Part shown: piece after piece, positions 13,301 through 26,277 of the stretch | How positions within the stretch are numbered: the first letter of the stretch is position 1 | Layout: each line of letters starts with the position of its first letter | Assembly: GCF_000143415.4 (NCBI RefSeq) | Contig: NW_003314341.1 | Coordinates: 864,905 to 928,904 of the forward strand | Reading direction: 5' to 3' | DNA: 64,000 nucleotides | Source of the DNA: Selaginella moellendorffii | Lineage: Eukaryota; Plantae; Lycopodiophyta | Program-made: the position numbers and the translations under genes | Notes under the pieces: model-generated | Seen by the model: only the letters and a program-made list of their open reading frames with translations | Databases searched by the model: none | What the model was told of the DNA's origin: nothing

Positions 13301-14462
13301 CACTCTAACCACATGCCTTCTAGCTTAGGCTATGTTATTACCATTTCCATTCCTTTGGAAGGGGTTCTCATGAACCCGCCCACTTGACCTCAAAGCAGCA
13401 TGCTTTGGCACTTTCGGTGTCTCCACACCATCTGCTCCACGAGCCTACCTTTATGACACTTCTTACTTGTGCCTAAGTATTTTTGCCAAGACTAATATGG
13501 TTGTCTCTTATGCCAATTATCCATTGCACTGCACCATAGAGTTCACGCACAACTTTGTGTCAAAGTTGTTTTCTTCCGGGAAACTCTTTCCCACGACTTT
13601 AGCATGGCACCTTTTGCCATCAATAAGATACACACTGCTCTCATGCTTGGATCTTAAGATCCTCCCCATCCTTCGTGGGGCACCACACACCTTAGTCCAA
13701 ATGCCTTCCTCAAGTCCTTAGGATTTTTCTTTGACTCTATTGGAGTCATTCAAATTTTTGGACTTTGTTAATCCGACGACCCATGAGGTCCTACTTTTGA
13801 GGTGCTAGCTCATTGGAATACAACTCTTTGTATTCATGTCCTACTCACAAAGACCATCTTTTGCAAGTGTTACTCCGACACTTGATTTGTTCTCTAGGGG
13901 CAAATTTTTGCCCCTTATGACCACTTGTCCATGTGATGAGAATACCAACTCATCCTCTAAGTACACCCCCAACTCCTTGGGTTGTTCCAGCATTTATTAG
14001 AAGTAGCCCCGGCTACCATTTCAAGGACTTGTATCTTCTTCCGTATTTGACCTCCCTCGGTCATCAATTCTGGTCTCAAGTTGCCTCCACTATATGAGGG
14101 TAATCTTGTGACTCCTTTATTGTTTTGGAGTCTGCATCTTTCCCATGATCCCAACTATAGTTGTTCACCACAACTACATTAGCCTGTTTGTTGCATCAAA
14201 TGCTCATCTGGATCACATCCTCAACTCTCTGAGGAAACCCTCATACTATTCCCAAGATCCCAAAGTCGTTCCCTTACTGGCTCTTTTCCATCCACCACAT
14301 CGTGCACAAGTTCACGCATGAACTCGAGTAGAGAGCTATGTCCTCTCGACATGCTACTCCTCGAGGATAGGTCCATACCTAGGACTTTCCAATTCCAATA
14401 CAAGTGGTGATATACTTGGCCACTAATAAGAGTCGGACTAAGGAATAACTCCAATACCAAAT
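10330..14462 (-). mobile_element. Decayed internal region of a family-A LTR retrotransposon, interrupted by a solo LTR
   Basis: tRNA-Met-type PBS (TGGTATTGGA) next to the LTR at 14463; the sequence after it matches that after the PBS at 21850. 10360-10770 shares the hairpin modules of 46470-46710. No intact ORFs. Confidence 0.65.
11532..12773 (-). mobile_element. Solo LTR, family A, internally deleted, 5-bp TSD GCTAG
   Basis: TG...CA termini; GCTAG at 11527-11531 and 12774-12778. About 0.4 kb deleted near 12122 relative to 22747-24401. Confidence 0.9.
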
Positions 14463-15128
14463 TGTAAGCGACCAATTTTTTCCATTCTATTTTAGTCACT
14501 TAACCGCACCTTCAACCATTTGGAGGAGTCTCATTCACAACTTCCATAAGTCCCACTCAGGACTTGGGGCTTGCTAGCCCCGAGAATGGCATCCATGCCA
14601 CTCAACCTTTGCACTTGGTCCAAGTGCTCCACGTGTCCGGTCCCATGACCGACACCCCAAGGCACCACCAACATACCAGCCTATTACGCTAGGTCATGCT
14701 CAATCACTTTAGTCACATCGGTGGTCCAACACCATCTGCATTGCAATCCTGTCTCTCCAAGACTGGGCCATCCATCCATGAGTGGTCATCCCAAATCCAC
14801 TCTTTAGCATCCTTAGAACACCCGTAGACATGGGGAATAGCTTTCCCCAATATCTCCTTTCTGGTCCCCACCAAGTCCCTTTTTGTCCTTGGCCATGTTC
14901 GCCCATACTACCACTGGATCAAGGCCCATGGGCCCGACCACTAAGTCCCACTATCCTCTAGGACTTCCTCACTGTGTGACTGTGTCCTTGGTCACCACAC
15001 CAGAGGGCTACTCCTCTTCCTTTCCACAGTCTGGGACTTTGGGACAACATTTCGGAACACTATTGCCCTACGTGGGCCTCATGGGTACTCTCCCCACCTT
15101 CCGCCTTTAAGTGCTCTAGCCATTGAGC
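14463..15128 (-). mobile_element. Truncated 5' LTR, family A
   Basis: Collinear with 22747-23435; PBS adjacent on the - strand. Confidence 0.8.
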
Positions 15129-15379
15129 CATGCCAGGTGGACGACGCATCCACAGCTCTGGCTGGAGGAAACCATTCGCGGCTGCAAATCCAGGAGATTA
15201 TCAATCTCTCGCATGGATCTAATCTATCCGATAGATGACTTACGTCTGGAGGAGAAGATCAGGTCCTTTGACGGGCTGGAGTGCCAGTGCCAGGCATGCC
15301 ATAGACAGAGAAGAAGAACAAGCGTTAAAGCCCTAGACCAGCGTGTTTAGGGTTCTAGAGGGGTTAAAGCTAAGATACG

Positions 15380-16240
15380 CAGTCTCGCCACTGCCAACTT
15401 CGGCGTTTTGTTTGAAGATATCTGTGAGAATTCTAGAGCAAAATGCCGGTGTCAGCAAGTCGGCCTTCTGATCAGTACTTGCTTATGGAGGTCAAGGAGC
15501 AGATCAGAGCCTTCATCCAAGCGTCGGAGCCTGTTCCGGAGTATGCTTTGTTTTCGAGCCATTCTCCAGTGCTTGCAGTTGCATCTCTTGGGCGTAACAG
15601 TGGTAAGCACTCACTCCACGTTGTTTTTGACCTGCCAACAGAGATGGACGACGTCTATTGCTGAGCATGTCGAAACAAGCAAAACTGTGGAAGGAAGTCG
15701 ATGATGCAGCTGGTATCATATGAAGTGCGCGAAGTTGAAGACGCTGCATCCAGTTTACAAGTGCAAGGGTTGTGTCAGAGACTCGCTTTCACGTATCTGA
15801 CGGTGATTTTTTGCTTTGGTATTATGAAGGGGACGCCTTGATTGCCGCTGGTAAGCTCAGTGTATCATCACAGCAGTTAAGTCGTAACAAAACTCTGTGC
15901 TGCAGGTTGCCTGATGAAACAATTCGGTATTTCGACTTTGTAAAGCCGCCACGCACGTTGAGTCAGGTCACGGTTGCCTTGAGACACCCGTCCTCCATCC
16001 AAGCTCTTGTGAATGCTGTCAGCCCTCAAGACCTGGGCGCAGCTCTTCAATCACCCGGATAAAAATAAGGATGTGCTTGTACCTTTCACAGCTCGCGTAG
16101 AAACCCTCCTAGACTGTTGATAGGGCTGGAACTTAATATTTCGAAACCTGCTTGGAGCGCTGCGAGGTTTTAGATCTTGTTTGACATGTTCTTTTCAGGT
16201 GTCATACAGTGCAAGCTGGCGGTTGAAGCCGACTGATATC
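15380..16240 (+). pseudogene. Decayed fragment of the CR-NTPase/REase/PHD family
   Basis: QYLLMEVKEQIRAFIQASEPVPEY, PHD remnant WYH.KCAKLK, and FDFVKPPRTLSQVTVALRH, matching 29500-30420 and 31540-32320. Confidence 0.75.
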
Positions 16241-16559
16241 CAAGGCAAGCCCTCGATTCATGGGAGGTCTTGTTCCTTCTCAAGTGACACATCCTCAGAT
16301 TCAATCGACGGTTCCTCGTTTTCCTGAAAGTGGGGCTGTGTATTTGATACCTGAAGTTTCAGAGTATGATTACATTGCAAGTACATACTTAGTCATTACT
16401 TCATATTCTCAGAATATTTCCATTTTGAGGTTAGGGGTTTGATTCCAATTGAGCCAGTTCAGCAGAACTTGTTAAGACAAGTTCAGCAGTATGTAAAGGC
16501 ATGGGGGACAGACACAAATTAAAAAATTTGTGAAGTTGCAGGCTCGTAGATATAGAGTA

Positions 16560-17480
16560 GAAATGTATTTAACGTCCACTTCGGGCAAACATGCCCATGG
16601 GACAGACAGAACAAACAAAGTGCAAGCATCATGAGTGGGATAAAAAACCCAGTGGCAAAACCCTTGTACGAGCACTCATCTAATCAGAATTATTCCCCTT
16701 GGCAACTTCAAGCCCAAGAAGAATATCACGATCCGCCAGCAGCTCACGAAGAAATTCTCCAACCGATTGCATTTCTGCCTGTCTGAGGAAAGAAAGAAAG
16801 AAAGAAAGTGGTATTAACGTCCACTTCGGGCAAACTTGCCCATGGGACGGACTGTACAGACAAAGTCAGTCACCGTCACCAGCATCAAGAGCAAGAAGAG
16901 CAGCACGATCTTCACAAGAACTTTCCTAAAGTTGTCCTGCCCCAGAAACGAGACAATTGGCAGCATGAAATTAAGGCTACGTGAAAACTCCCCACGGAGC
17001 TCCATGTAAGCAGGGAAACGGAGCACTGCATGCTGGACGTCCTCCACCTCCGTTCCACATAGCTGGCAGATCCCCATTGACCCGTCTTAATTCCAGTGCG
17101 TATGGCTGCAATAGCATGTCGCATGTCTGCAAGATACTGCTGCATGGTTGTCAAGCACCTGGATTGACATGTTGCCAATAATCCATAATCCATAAGCTTG
17201 CTTCCCGTGTTTGCCCACACCACATCATGAAACTGACGGCGTATGTACATCAAGTTACTGCACGTGACTTTACACGCACTCTCAAATGTACATGCCAACG
17301 GGACATCCAAACACCACAATCCTGCAATCATTCCAACCACTGGATACCTCGAAGGGGCATATGACACACGGTACATAACCATTCGCAGTATAGCCTCAGC
17401 CTCAAGTGTGCTCAAACGGGCTTCTTGCAAGAGCACATGATATGGAAAGAAGCTATGGAAAGTCTGAATTTCAATCAATC
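16560..17480 (-). mobile_element. 3' fragment of a non-LTR retrotransposon (LINE) with repeated 3' tails
   Basis: HAIAAIRTG..TGQW and CQLCGTEVEDVQHAVLRFPAYMELR resemble the C-terminal zinc knuckle of LINE ORF2. The ACTTCGGGCAAAC(A/T)TGCCCA tail motif recurs at ~16575, ~16820 and ~17657. Confidence 0.6.
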
Positions 17481-17849
17481 ATCGTGAGAATTCCTGTGCA
17501 GGACAGTAAAGCACTGCATGAGCCACATCCTCAACCTCCAAGGCGCACAGAACACATTCCAAGGCAGCCCCTCCCAGCGTCCAGTCTCAATGCGCAAGCT
17601 ATGAGATCCTGTCTGAATAGCAGCAAGAGCACAAGAAAGAAGAAGAAAGAAGAAATGACTTCAGGCAAACATGCCCACAGGACAGACAAGACAAAAACCA
17701 AATATCTATGTCATGAGCCAGATTAAAAACCCATTGGAAAAACCCATGTAGATGAAGATAAAAGGTTGATCACTTCCTGTAGAAGATTGGAGCAAGGGCA
17801 TTTGCAGTCCATCAACATTCATTGTTGAAGGCTGCAAAATATTTCACCC

Positions 17850-18757
17850 GGATATATTAAGTAGAGCTTAAAGGGTTTAATGATTTAAAAGTATAATAAA
17901 GGGAAGATTCTTGTGAAACCAATGTGACTAAAGAAAGATAAAATCATATGATAGATAAAGATGGAAACATTAAAGAGTTTAAGGCTAAAATTAAATTAAG
18001 AGTGTTAATAATGTAACCTCATTGAGGAGCTAAGCCAATACTTAAACATTCATCAATCTACTTATTTATCTATTTTAAGTGCAAGTGACATTATTTGCTA
18101 AGCTCAATGGAACTTTATTTTAGTCTCATGACTAGAGCACTAAATAAACAACAATGGTAGAAGTACTCATATAAGGCCACAATATTTAAAAATGTTGTCA
18201 TAAGAAACTAAAATGTAAAAGTAAGAAGAATAATCCTTTTACTTAGTAACCAAAGTGATAATTACTTAGTAAAATAGTCCTAAATGGTTGATAGATGAGT
18301 TTAAAGATCCAATCCAGAAGTAATATTAAAGAGTATTGTCAAGTGTGATAAAGAAGGGATATTGAGAATTTTTATATGTTTTAGAGCATTTTTAGGATAT
18401 TGAGAAGTGCTAAAGGGGTAATCCCTCATGGAATGGTTGCCCATGTTTTGGGGGGATAAATTGCAATAGTGGTGGTATTAGACTACAATTAGGATTGAAA
18501 GAATAAATCAAACTTTAATATAAAAGGTTAATGGTACCTTTGGAAGGAAGTTTAAAACCCAATGAACACTTAGGTCATGAGAAGTTAAATGTTATATTAA
18601 AGAGATGTGAAATATTACATTCAAGGTAACAAATACCATAAATTAGTGTTTAGACCTAAGGAGATTATAAGTGAAAATCTTCTAAAGGGTTATTAGTAGG
18701 GTGAAGTGATTAAAGCAGAAAAATAAAATTTAGTTACTTATAATTTAGTATCAGAGC
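17850..18757 (+). mobile_element. Heavily AT-shifted relic of a family-A LTR plus PBS
   Basis: Alignable to 20870-21860; ends TAGTTACTTATA followed by TAGTATCAGAGC. Confidence 0.6.
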
Positions 18758-20441
18758 AATTATTTAATCTATGTTTTATTAGCAACTAAGTATATCACCA
18801 CTTGATCTTCACATTTGAGGGTCTTAAGGTTGGGGCTAAATTTAAAAAGTAAAATGATTTGAGAATGTGACTCTTATTTTTGGTTCATGTGTGAACTTAT
18901 AAGAATATGGTAGATAAAAAAGGGGGAATGGCTTTGGGATTTTAGAAATTGTACAATAATTTCCCTAGGGAAATAAAGATGTGATCCACGTAAGAACTTG
19001 ATACAAATAAGTTGGCTTGGAAATTGTTGTGAGACACAATTAAAGATATGATCACTTGAAGGAAAGAAATTCTTAAGTAACAAAGGAGTTGCAAAATTAT
19101 TTTCATGAAATTGAAAATTGGGCTTATGAACTTAAGTCTAAAATAAAAATACTTAAAACACCAAAGAGATGGTGTTTGAGCTTTGGAAAAAATCTAAAGG
19201 ACTAAGTCTTTAAGGATATTATATAGGATATTTTCAAAGAAATAAAGTTCTAGAAATTAAAAGATAAGGGAAGTATTATATGTTCAAGGTGAATAATGCC
19301 AAAAGTTTTGATACTACTAATGATGGGCATGTAAGGGCTCATTAATAGCAAAGTTAATCCTTATGTACCAATTGAGTATATTTAACTTGAGAAATCACTC
19401 CTTGATTGATAAAGTCAATGATGGTGGATTTCAGAAAATACTTGCTAAAGTGACGAAATAAATGCAAAGTATACTTCCTAGTAAGGAGGGGAAAAGCAAA
19501 AGGGATATATAGGGTTGAGAGTTTTAATTAATTAAGAGTTTTAGGATAATTAGAAGTTAAACATTTTTGAGTTTGGATAGTATTGGATTAGATGATTTTT
19601 CATGAAGCTTAAACTCAAGAGGTTTCATTTTGTATTAAAGTTTTAAATTTGACTTTGTTGGTTAGCTTGGGGAATCACATCATATGTTAATGTTGACAAA
19701 AATGAAAAGGCAATATGAACATAATCTACTTTTTTAGCATTTGTCATAAAAAATGTAGAGCAAAAAAAGGCCAAAGTGTACAACGTAGATGCAATCTTCA
19801 AGGTTGAGGAAATTGTATTCATCAAAAATAAAAATTTATTATTTGTGTTGATGCACTTTTATAAACTCACAAAGATAGATTTTCACATTATTCAATTGGC
19901 AATTTTGGAGATCATCTTTAGTGGCAACTAAGGTTTGGATGAGGTAGGGATTATTATAGTGGCTAAATGTGGTATTTTTTTACAAATTGCAATAAGGGGA
20001 AGTTAAAGACTTCCATAGAGAATGCACTAGTGAAATTCCATGGAAATTTAATAGTTCACAAATGAGATCTAAATCAAAATTTAAGACATAGTACACATTT
20101 AAGGCTTTTGAATTCATGGTTTTTCATCTATGATAAAACTTCATCCAAGGATGCTCATTATGTCAATCTATACAAACATATTCTTCTTCTTCTTTATTCA
20201 TATTGGGTTTAAAGTTTTGGGGTTTAGAGAATTAATTTTCATTCAAGGAGAAGATATTTTGTTATGGTGCCACTTTAGTAGCTCAAGATCACATGCAAAG
20301 GACATTATTTTTCATTCATTGACTAAGCCTTTCATAAGCATGTATAAAACTTCTTGAGTTCAATTAACAATAGAACACTTTCAATAAGACATTGAGATTC
20401 CAATTTATATAGTATAGTTGTGTTGGTTAATTTGTTCCTTA

Positions 20442-21860
20442 TGTAAGACACAAATGTTAAGTCCCTAAAAAGGCACTGAAGGTGCGCCATATGGTAATGG
20501 TTGAAGCGAAAAGTTGAAGCAAAAGTCTAATGAGTGTAACACAATTAGACCAAAAGCTCTAATTCAAAAGTCGAGAGTGGGAGTGTAATTCCTAAGTTAA
20601 CACTTGAGAAATGAGCACGAAAAAAATGAGCCAAAAAGCTCTAAGAATGGACATAAAAGTGATTGACATGTGGCAAGTGTTATGACACGTGAAAGTATCA
20701 AAATTGAACTCTAAGAATTCAAGGACCCAAAGTAGAAAGAAGATAGAAGCATCTTACCCCACCAAAAAACTAAGTGTTCGAAAAGTTAGACATATCCAAG
20801 GTTAAATATATCTGGGGCCCAATGTATCCAAGGCCATATATATTCAACAATTGGGTGAAAGCCCAAAGCACTCATTTTCTTAGGCCTAAAGGGTTTAGCA
20901 AATTCCAAAAGTATAGTAAAAGGGAAGATTCCCATGAAATCAATGTGACTAGAGATGAATGGAATTATAGAAGGATGAGGATAAAAACATTATAGAGTCT
21001 AAGGCTAAAGTGAATATAGATAGATAAGTGGTGTAACTTGATGAATGTTCAAGGGCCAATTCTAGCTCTTTTAGGAAGTCACAATATTGATGCTCCCAAT
21101 CCAAGTGTAGGTTGCACAATTTACTTAGATACCTTTAAAGGCTTAATGGAACCTCACTTTAATTCTATGACTAGAGCACTAAAAGGATAATGATAAAGAG
21201 AGTACCTATGAGGCTTGTATAAAGCTATAGTATTTTGAAGTGTTAACTTAAAAAACTGAAATGCGCAAAGTAAGAAGAATGATCTTTTTGCTTGGCAACC
21301 AAAGTGCTAATTGCTTAGTAAGATAACCCCAAGAGTTTAGGGGACTTGATGGATGGGTCTAACAATCCGACTCAAAAGCGGTGTTGTAGAGTATTATCAC
21401 ATGCACAATAGAAATTGATAATGTGCCAAAGTAGGGATTTTTGGAGGATAGAGTTTGTGTAAATCTTGGGGCACTCTTAAGATGTTGAGAGGTGATTAAG
21501 AGGTAATCACTCTTAAATGGAATGGCTATGTCTTGTAGGGACGGGCTATGATAGTGGTGGTCTAGGACCAATATTAGAATCATGAAAACAAATTAAACCT
21601 TAGCGTAAGAGGTTGGTGTATATTAGTAGCACCTTTGGGGGGTTCTTAAAAAAGATTAGGACCTAATGGACACTTTGGTTGAAAGATGCCAAATGTTATA
21701 TCGGCAAGATGTGAAGTACTACTTTAGCAGTGGCAAGTACTATGAGTTAGTGTTAAGACCCAAGGAGGTTGTGAATAAGACTCCTCAAATGGGTTGAAGG
21801 TAGGGTGAAATGACTAAATTAAAAAAAAAAAATTCAATCGCTTTCAACTTGGTATCAGAA
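20442..21860 (+). mobile_element. Decayed family-A LTR (20442-21846) plus tRNA-Met PBS TGGTATCAGA (21850-21859)
   Basis: Starts TGTAAGACACAAA (family start TGTGAGACACAAA), ends ATCGCTTTCA, and keeps the promoter motif at 20853/20912. Confidence 0.75.
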
Positions 21861-22746
21861 CTATTCTTTAGTCTGACTTTTATTGATGGCCAAATATATT
21901 ACCACTTGATCTTTAACATTTGGGGGCCCTATGATTAAGGCCAGACTCAAAGAGTAGGATGTCTTGAGAGCACAGCTCTCTTCAATTTGTGCATGAACAC
22001 ATTAAAATATGGTAAATAAAAAAAGGGTTAATAAGGGAATGCTTTTGGGATCTTAAGAACTACATAATGCTTTCCTTATGGAAAGAAGGAAATGATCCAT
22101 ATAAGAGTTTGACACAAAACAAGCTGACTTAGGGGTGGTTATGGGAAATAACCAAGGCTAGGATCATGTAAAGGACTAAGTAATAAAGGAGTGATAGTAT
22201 CATCTTCATGAAGTTGAGGATAATGGCCTATATAGAACATAAATTATAGTTGGATGTCAGAATGATACTAGGGAATGAAATCCTTACGGACATTACGGCC
22301 AAAATAATTAAAGATGAAATAACACTTTTAAGGTAGTCAAAAAGTTACAATATGAAAGTCTAACAAACTAATAAGTTTAAGTGCATTATGACATGATAAA
22401 ATGCTAAACATGGATATAAAAAGATTTTGGACCAAAATGTTCTATATCCAATCTAAGACCAGAAGAATCTTGAGTTCTAAATGTGAGATTGATAAGTATC
22501 TCGATAATGGCTAAAGAGTGTCATGTTCCTATCGAGAAACAACTTAAATAAGTTGTATCTATAGCACATTGGGGAAATGTTAGCCAATATGAAATATTGG
22601 ATAAAAGAATGCAGAATGTAACCTTTGTTAAAAACTTAGACATAAAGAAATCATGTCATGAGGATAAGCTCTTAGAGTTAATGGTGTGATAACACCAAGG
22701 ATCTAATGAAAAAGGTAGTTAGATTTTAAATCCATTGCCAAAAAAG

Positions 22747-24401
22747 TGTAAGCGACTAAATTTTCCATTCTACTTTAGTCACTTAACCACACCTCCGACC
22801 ACTTGGAGGAGTCTTATTCACAACCTCTATAAGTCCAATTCAAGACTTGGGACTTGCTAGCCCCAAGAATGGCATCCATGCCACCCAACATTTGCACTTG
22901 GTCCAAGTGCTCCACGTGTCCGATCCCATGACTGACACTCAAAGGTACCACCGACATGGCAGCTTGTCACGCTAAGGCCATGCCTAATCACCTTTGCCAC
23001 ACTAGTAGTCCAATACCACGTGCATCCCAGTCTTGGCTCTCCAAGACTAGGCAAACCATCTGTGAGTGGTCATCTCAAATCCACTCCTTAGCATCCTTAG
23101 GATGCCCACCAACAAGGGGAATAGCCTTCCCCAATATCCCTCTGTCAGTCCCCACTAAGTCCCTTTCTGCCCCTGGCCGTGTTTGCCAACACTGCCATTG
23201 GATCGAGGCCCACAAGCCTGACCACTAAGTCCCACGATCCTCTGGGACTTCCTCACCATACGACTGTGTCCTTGGTCACTACCCCAGAGGACTGCTCCTC
23301 TTCCTTTCCATAGTCTGGGCTTTTGGGGACAACATTTCGGAACACCATGGCCTTACGCGAGCCTCTTGGGTACTCTCCCCGCCTTCCGCCCTTGGGTGCT
23401 CTAGCCATGGGCTTAGAGCGAGGTTCCGTTGAGCCACGCCTGGTATCCAAGTAGGTAGTGCCACCCACACTTGGACTGGGAGCATCGGCCAGTCAATCTC
23501 CCGGGGGAACTAGAGCCAGCTCTTGAACACTTCACCAAGCTACCCCGCTTGTCGGTCCATGTTCACTCTAGTCTTGGACTTCCCAGTGGTCAGCTCATCA
23601 CCCAACACTGGGTCTAGCCTTCCTGGGCCAAACTGGCCTTTCCTGGCCAAACTGGCTCCACTGCAGTCCCCCCCCCCCCCCTTACTATACTTTTGGAGCT
23701 CACCAAACCCCCTAGGGTCTGGGAGACGAACGCTTTGGGCTTTCACCCTCTCAGACTCGGACTCGGGCTCGGACTCGGACTCAGACTCGGACTCGGACTC
23801 GGGCTCGGGCTCGGTCTCGGCCTCTGCCTCGGTCTCAGTCTCGGTCCCGGTCTTGGTCTCGGTCCCGGTCTCGGTCCCGGTCTCGGTCTTGACTTCGGAC
23901 TCCATCTCGGGTCCTTCTCGGACTCCATCTCGGATTCCATCTCGGGTCCATCTCAGACTCCATCTCGGTCCATCTCGGACTCCATCTCGGACTCCGTCTC
24001 GGACTCCATCTCGGACTCCGTCTCAGTCCATCTCGGACTCCATCTCGGACTCCACTTCGGACTCCAGCTCGGACTCCACTTCGGACTCCATCTCGGACTC
24101 CACCTCGGACTCCACTTCGGACTCCATCTCGGACTTCAACTCGGGTCCATCTCGGACTCCATCTCGGACACTTCCACATGTCATGTGTTGGTCCTTTTGG
24201 GTCCCTTTTTGGAGTCTCACTTATTGCTCGCTTCATGCTTGTTCCTCGAGCCCTTTATTGGGAGTTCCACTCCCGCTTTCGACCTTCCAAGTTGGAGCTT
24301 TTAGTCCAAACGTGTTACGCTCGTTTGGCTTTCGCTTCGGCCACTACCACGTGGCACCCTTTCCAGCTCCACTTTGAGGCTTAGGGATTTTGTGTCTCAC
24401 A
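22747..24401 (-). mobile_element. Intact solo LTR, family A (1655 bp), 5-bp TSD AAAAG
   Basis: TG...CA termini; AAAAG at 22742-22746 and 24402-24406. Orientation taken from the PBS position in sister copies. Confidence 0.92.
23750..24170. repeat. CTCGGA/CTCCATCTCGGA hexamer-dodecamer array inside the LTR (also at 12150-12545 and 46860-47130)
   Basis: Direct inspection; this array produces the spurious low-complexity ORFs. Confidence 0.9.
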
Positions 24402-24769
24402 AAAAGGACTCTTGTGGAAAAGGGGTTTGGCATAGCCTTAGCTAAAAGGCATAAGAAAGAAGTGTTTGACCGGATGCAATTGATTGATGGTGTAAGAGCA
24501 TTAATAATGAGTTGTAGGATATAACAACCATAAAGTAAATGAACACAAATGTTGGTATAATAAATGAGAGTGGTAAAAAGAAAGTTAACTCCCCAAGAAG
24601 TTATATGAAGCAAAAAGAATTGCATATAGCTTCTTATTTCTTCATGAATTGCATAGCAACATATTTCTTCATAAAAAGCTATATGACGATTTTTAAGCAC
24701 ACAAAAGAAATGTATGCATTAACATAAGGTGTTGAAATGAAATTGGCTCGAGAAATTGAAATGCACAAA

Positions 24770-25680
24770 ATAAGAGGAATGGTCCTTTTTCTTAGCAACC
24801 AAAGTGTTAATTGCTTAGTAAGATAGTCTTAGGGGCTTAGAAGACCCGATAGATGGGTTTAAGGACCTAATTCAAAGGTGGTGTTATAGAGTACTATTGT
24901 GCACACAATAAAAACTAATAAAGTGCCAAAGTAAGGATTTTTGGAGGATGGAGTTTTTATAAGTCTTGGGGCACTCTTAAGATGTTAAGATATGACTAAG
25001 GGATAGTCCTTCCTAAATGGAATAGCCATGTCTTATAAGGATAGGTTATGATGGTGGTGGTCTAAAATTAATATTATGAGAACAAACTAAACTTTAGCAT
25101 AAAAAGCTAATGTATATTGATAATACTTTTGGGGGGTTCCTAGATAAGATTAGGACCCAATAGACACTACGGTTGAAAGAGGCTAAATGCTATATTGGCA
25201 AAATGTAAAGATAATGGATAAAGCATATAACTAATGAGGATGTTAGTGGACATGGTTTTGAGTGGCATGAAACTAAACTTTAGTTCCATTAATCCCCCTA
25301 GACTTTTGCAATAAAGATTTTGCAAGAAAAATCATTAAGAATTGTGAAACATTGCAAAGAAATGGAAAGCCATAATTCACCTTTTTAGCACCTCTCAAGA
25401 AAAAAACAAATTAATGCAAAGCAAATGAAGGATAAAGTGTGCAACATAGATACAATCTCTAAGGTTGAGGAGGTTATATTCATCACAAACAATAAGAACT
25501 ATTACTAAGTGATAAACTTATATTTTCCATCTACACTTATCTTAATTTCCAAAATCAAAAAGTCTAAAAATGAAAGGTATATGGCATACAAATATTTATT
25601 GTTTGTCTTGATGCACTTCTATAAGCTCACAAAGATAGATTTGCACATCATTTAATTGGTAGTTTTGGAGATCATCAAGA
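24770..25680 (+). mobile_element. Decayed LTR fragment and duplicated AT-rich segment
   Basis: 24770-25200 matches 21270-21715; 25330-25675 matches 19690-19915. Confidence 0.6.
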
Positions 25681-26235
25681 ACCAAGAAAAAAAATTGAAT
25701 GAGTTTTTTCTAATCATTTTCTTTTCAATGAAATAAACATTATTTTATGTTCTAATTATGTTAAAATATTCTTTATGTTTTTTGAATTTGAATATATGTG
25801 GAGAAGATTCTGTGATGGAATAATTTAGTCCTCCTTTAGAATATACTTCTTTTGGCAACCCTAGAAAAGGACACACTCACTTGCACACAAATAAGAGGAT
25901 TATGCTTCTTGTTAACGAATTTACCCACTTACTACCAAGTAGAAACTTAATCATAACAATCTAATTTTACATTCCTCACCTATAGAAAAAAAATCACTTG
26001 CCAAAATCTCATTGAGAATTGTTAAAGCTTCATGATGTAAGTATGCTACTTTTTTTCTTTGTGTTTCTTTTATTCCTGATATTTATATCCTGTAATTGCT
26101 CAAAAATCATAAAAACATAGCACTTGACTTGAAAAATAACACACCTTGATTCTTAGTTGTAAAATGTGCTTGGGCTAAACTTCACCATCTACTAATGTTA
26201 TTGCAATAGAAGAATTCAGCTATGTGACGTAAAAA

Positions 26236-26237
<2 letters not shown>

Positions 26238-26272
<35 letters not shown>
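26238..26272. repeat. (TA)n microsatellite
   Basis: About 17 TA units. Confidence 0.95.
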
Positions 26273-26277
<5 letters not shown>

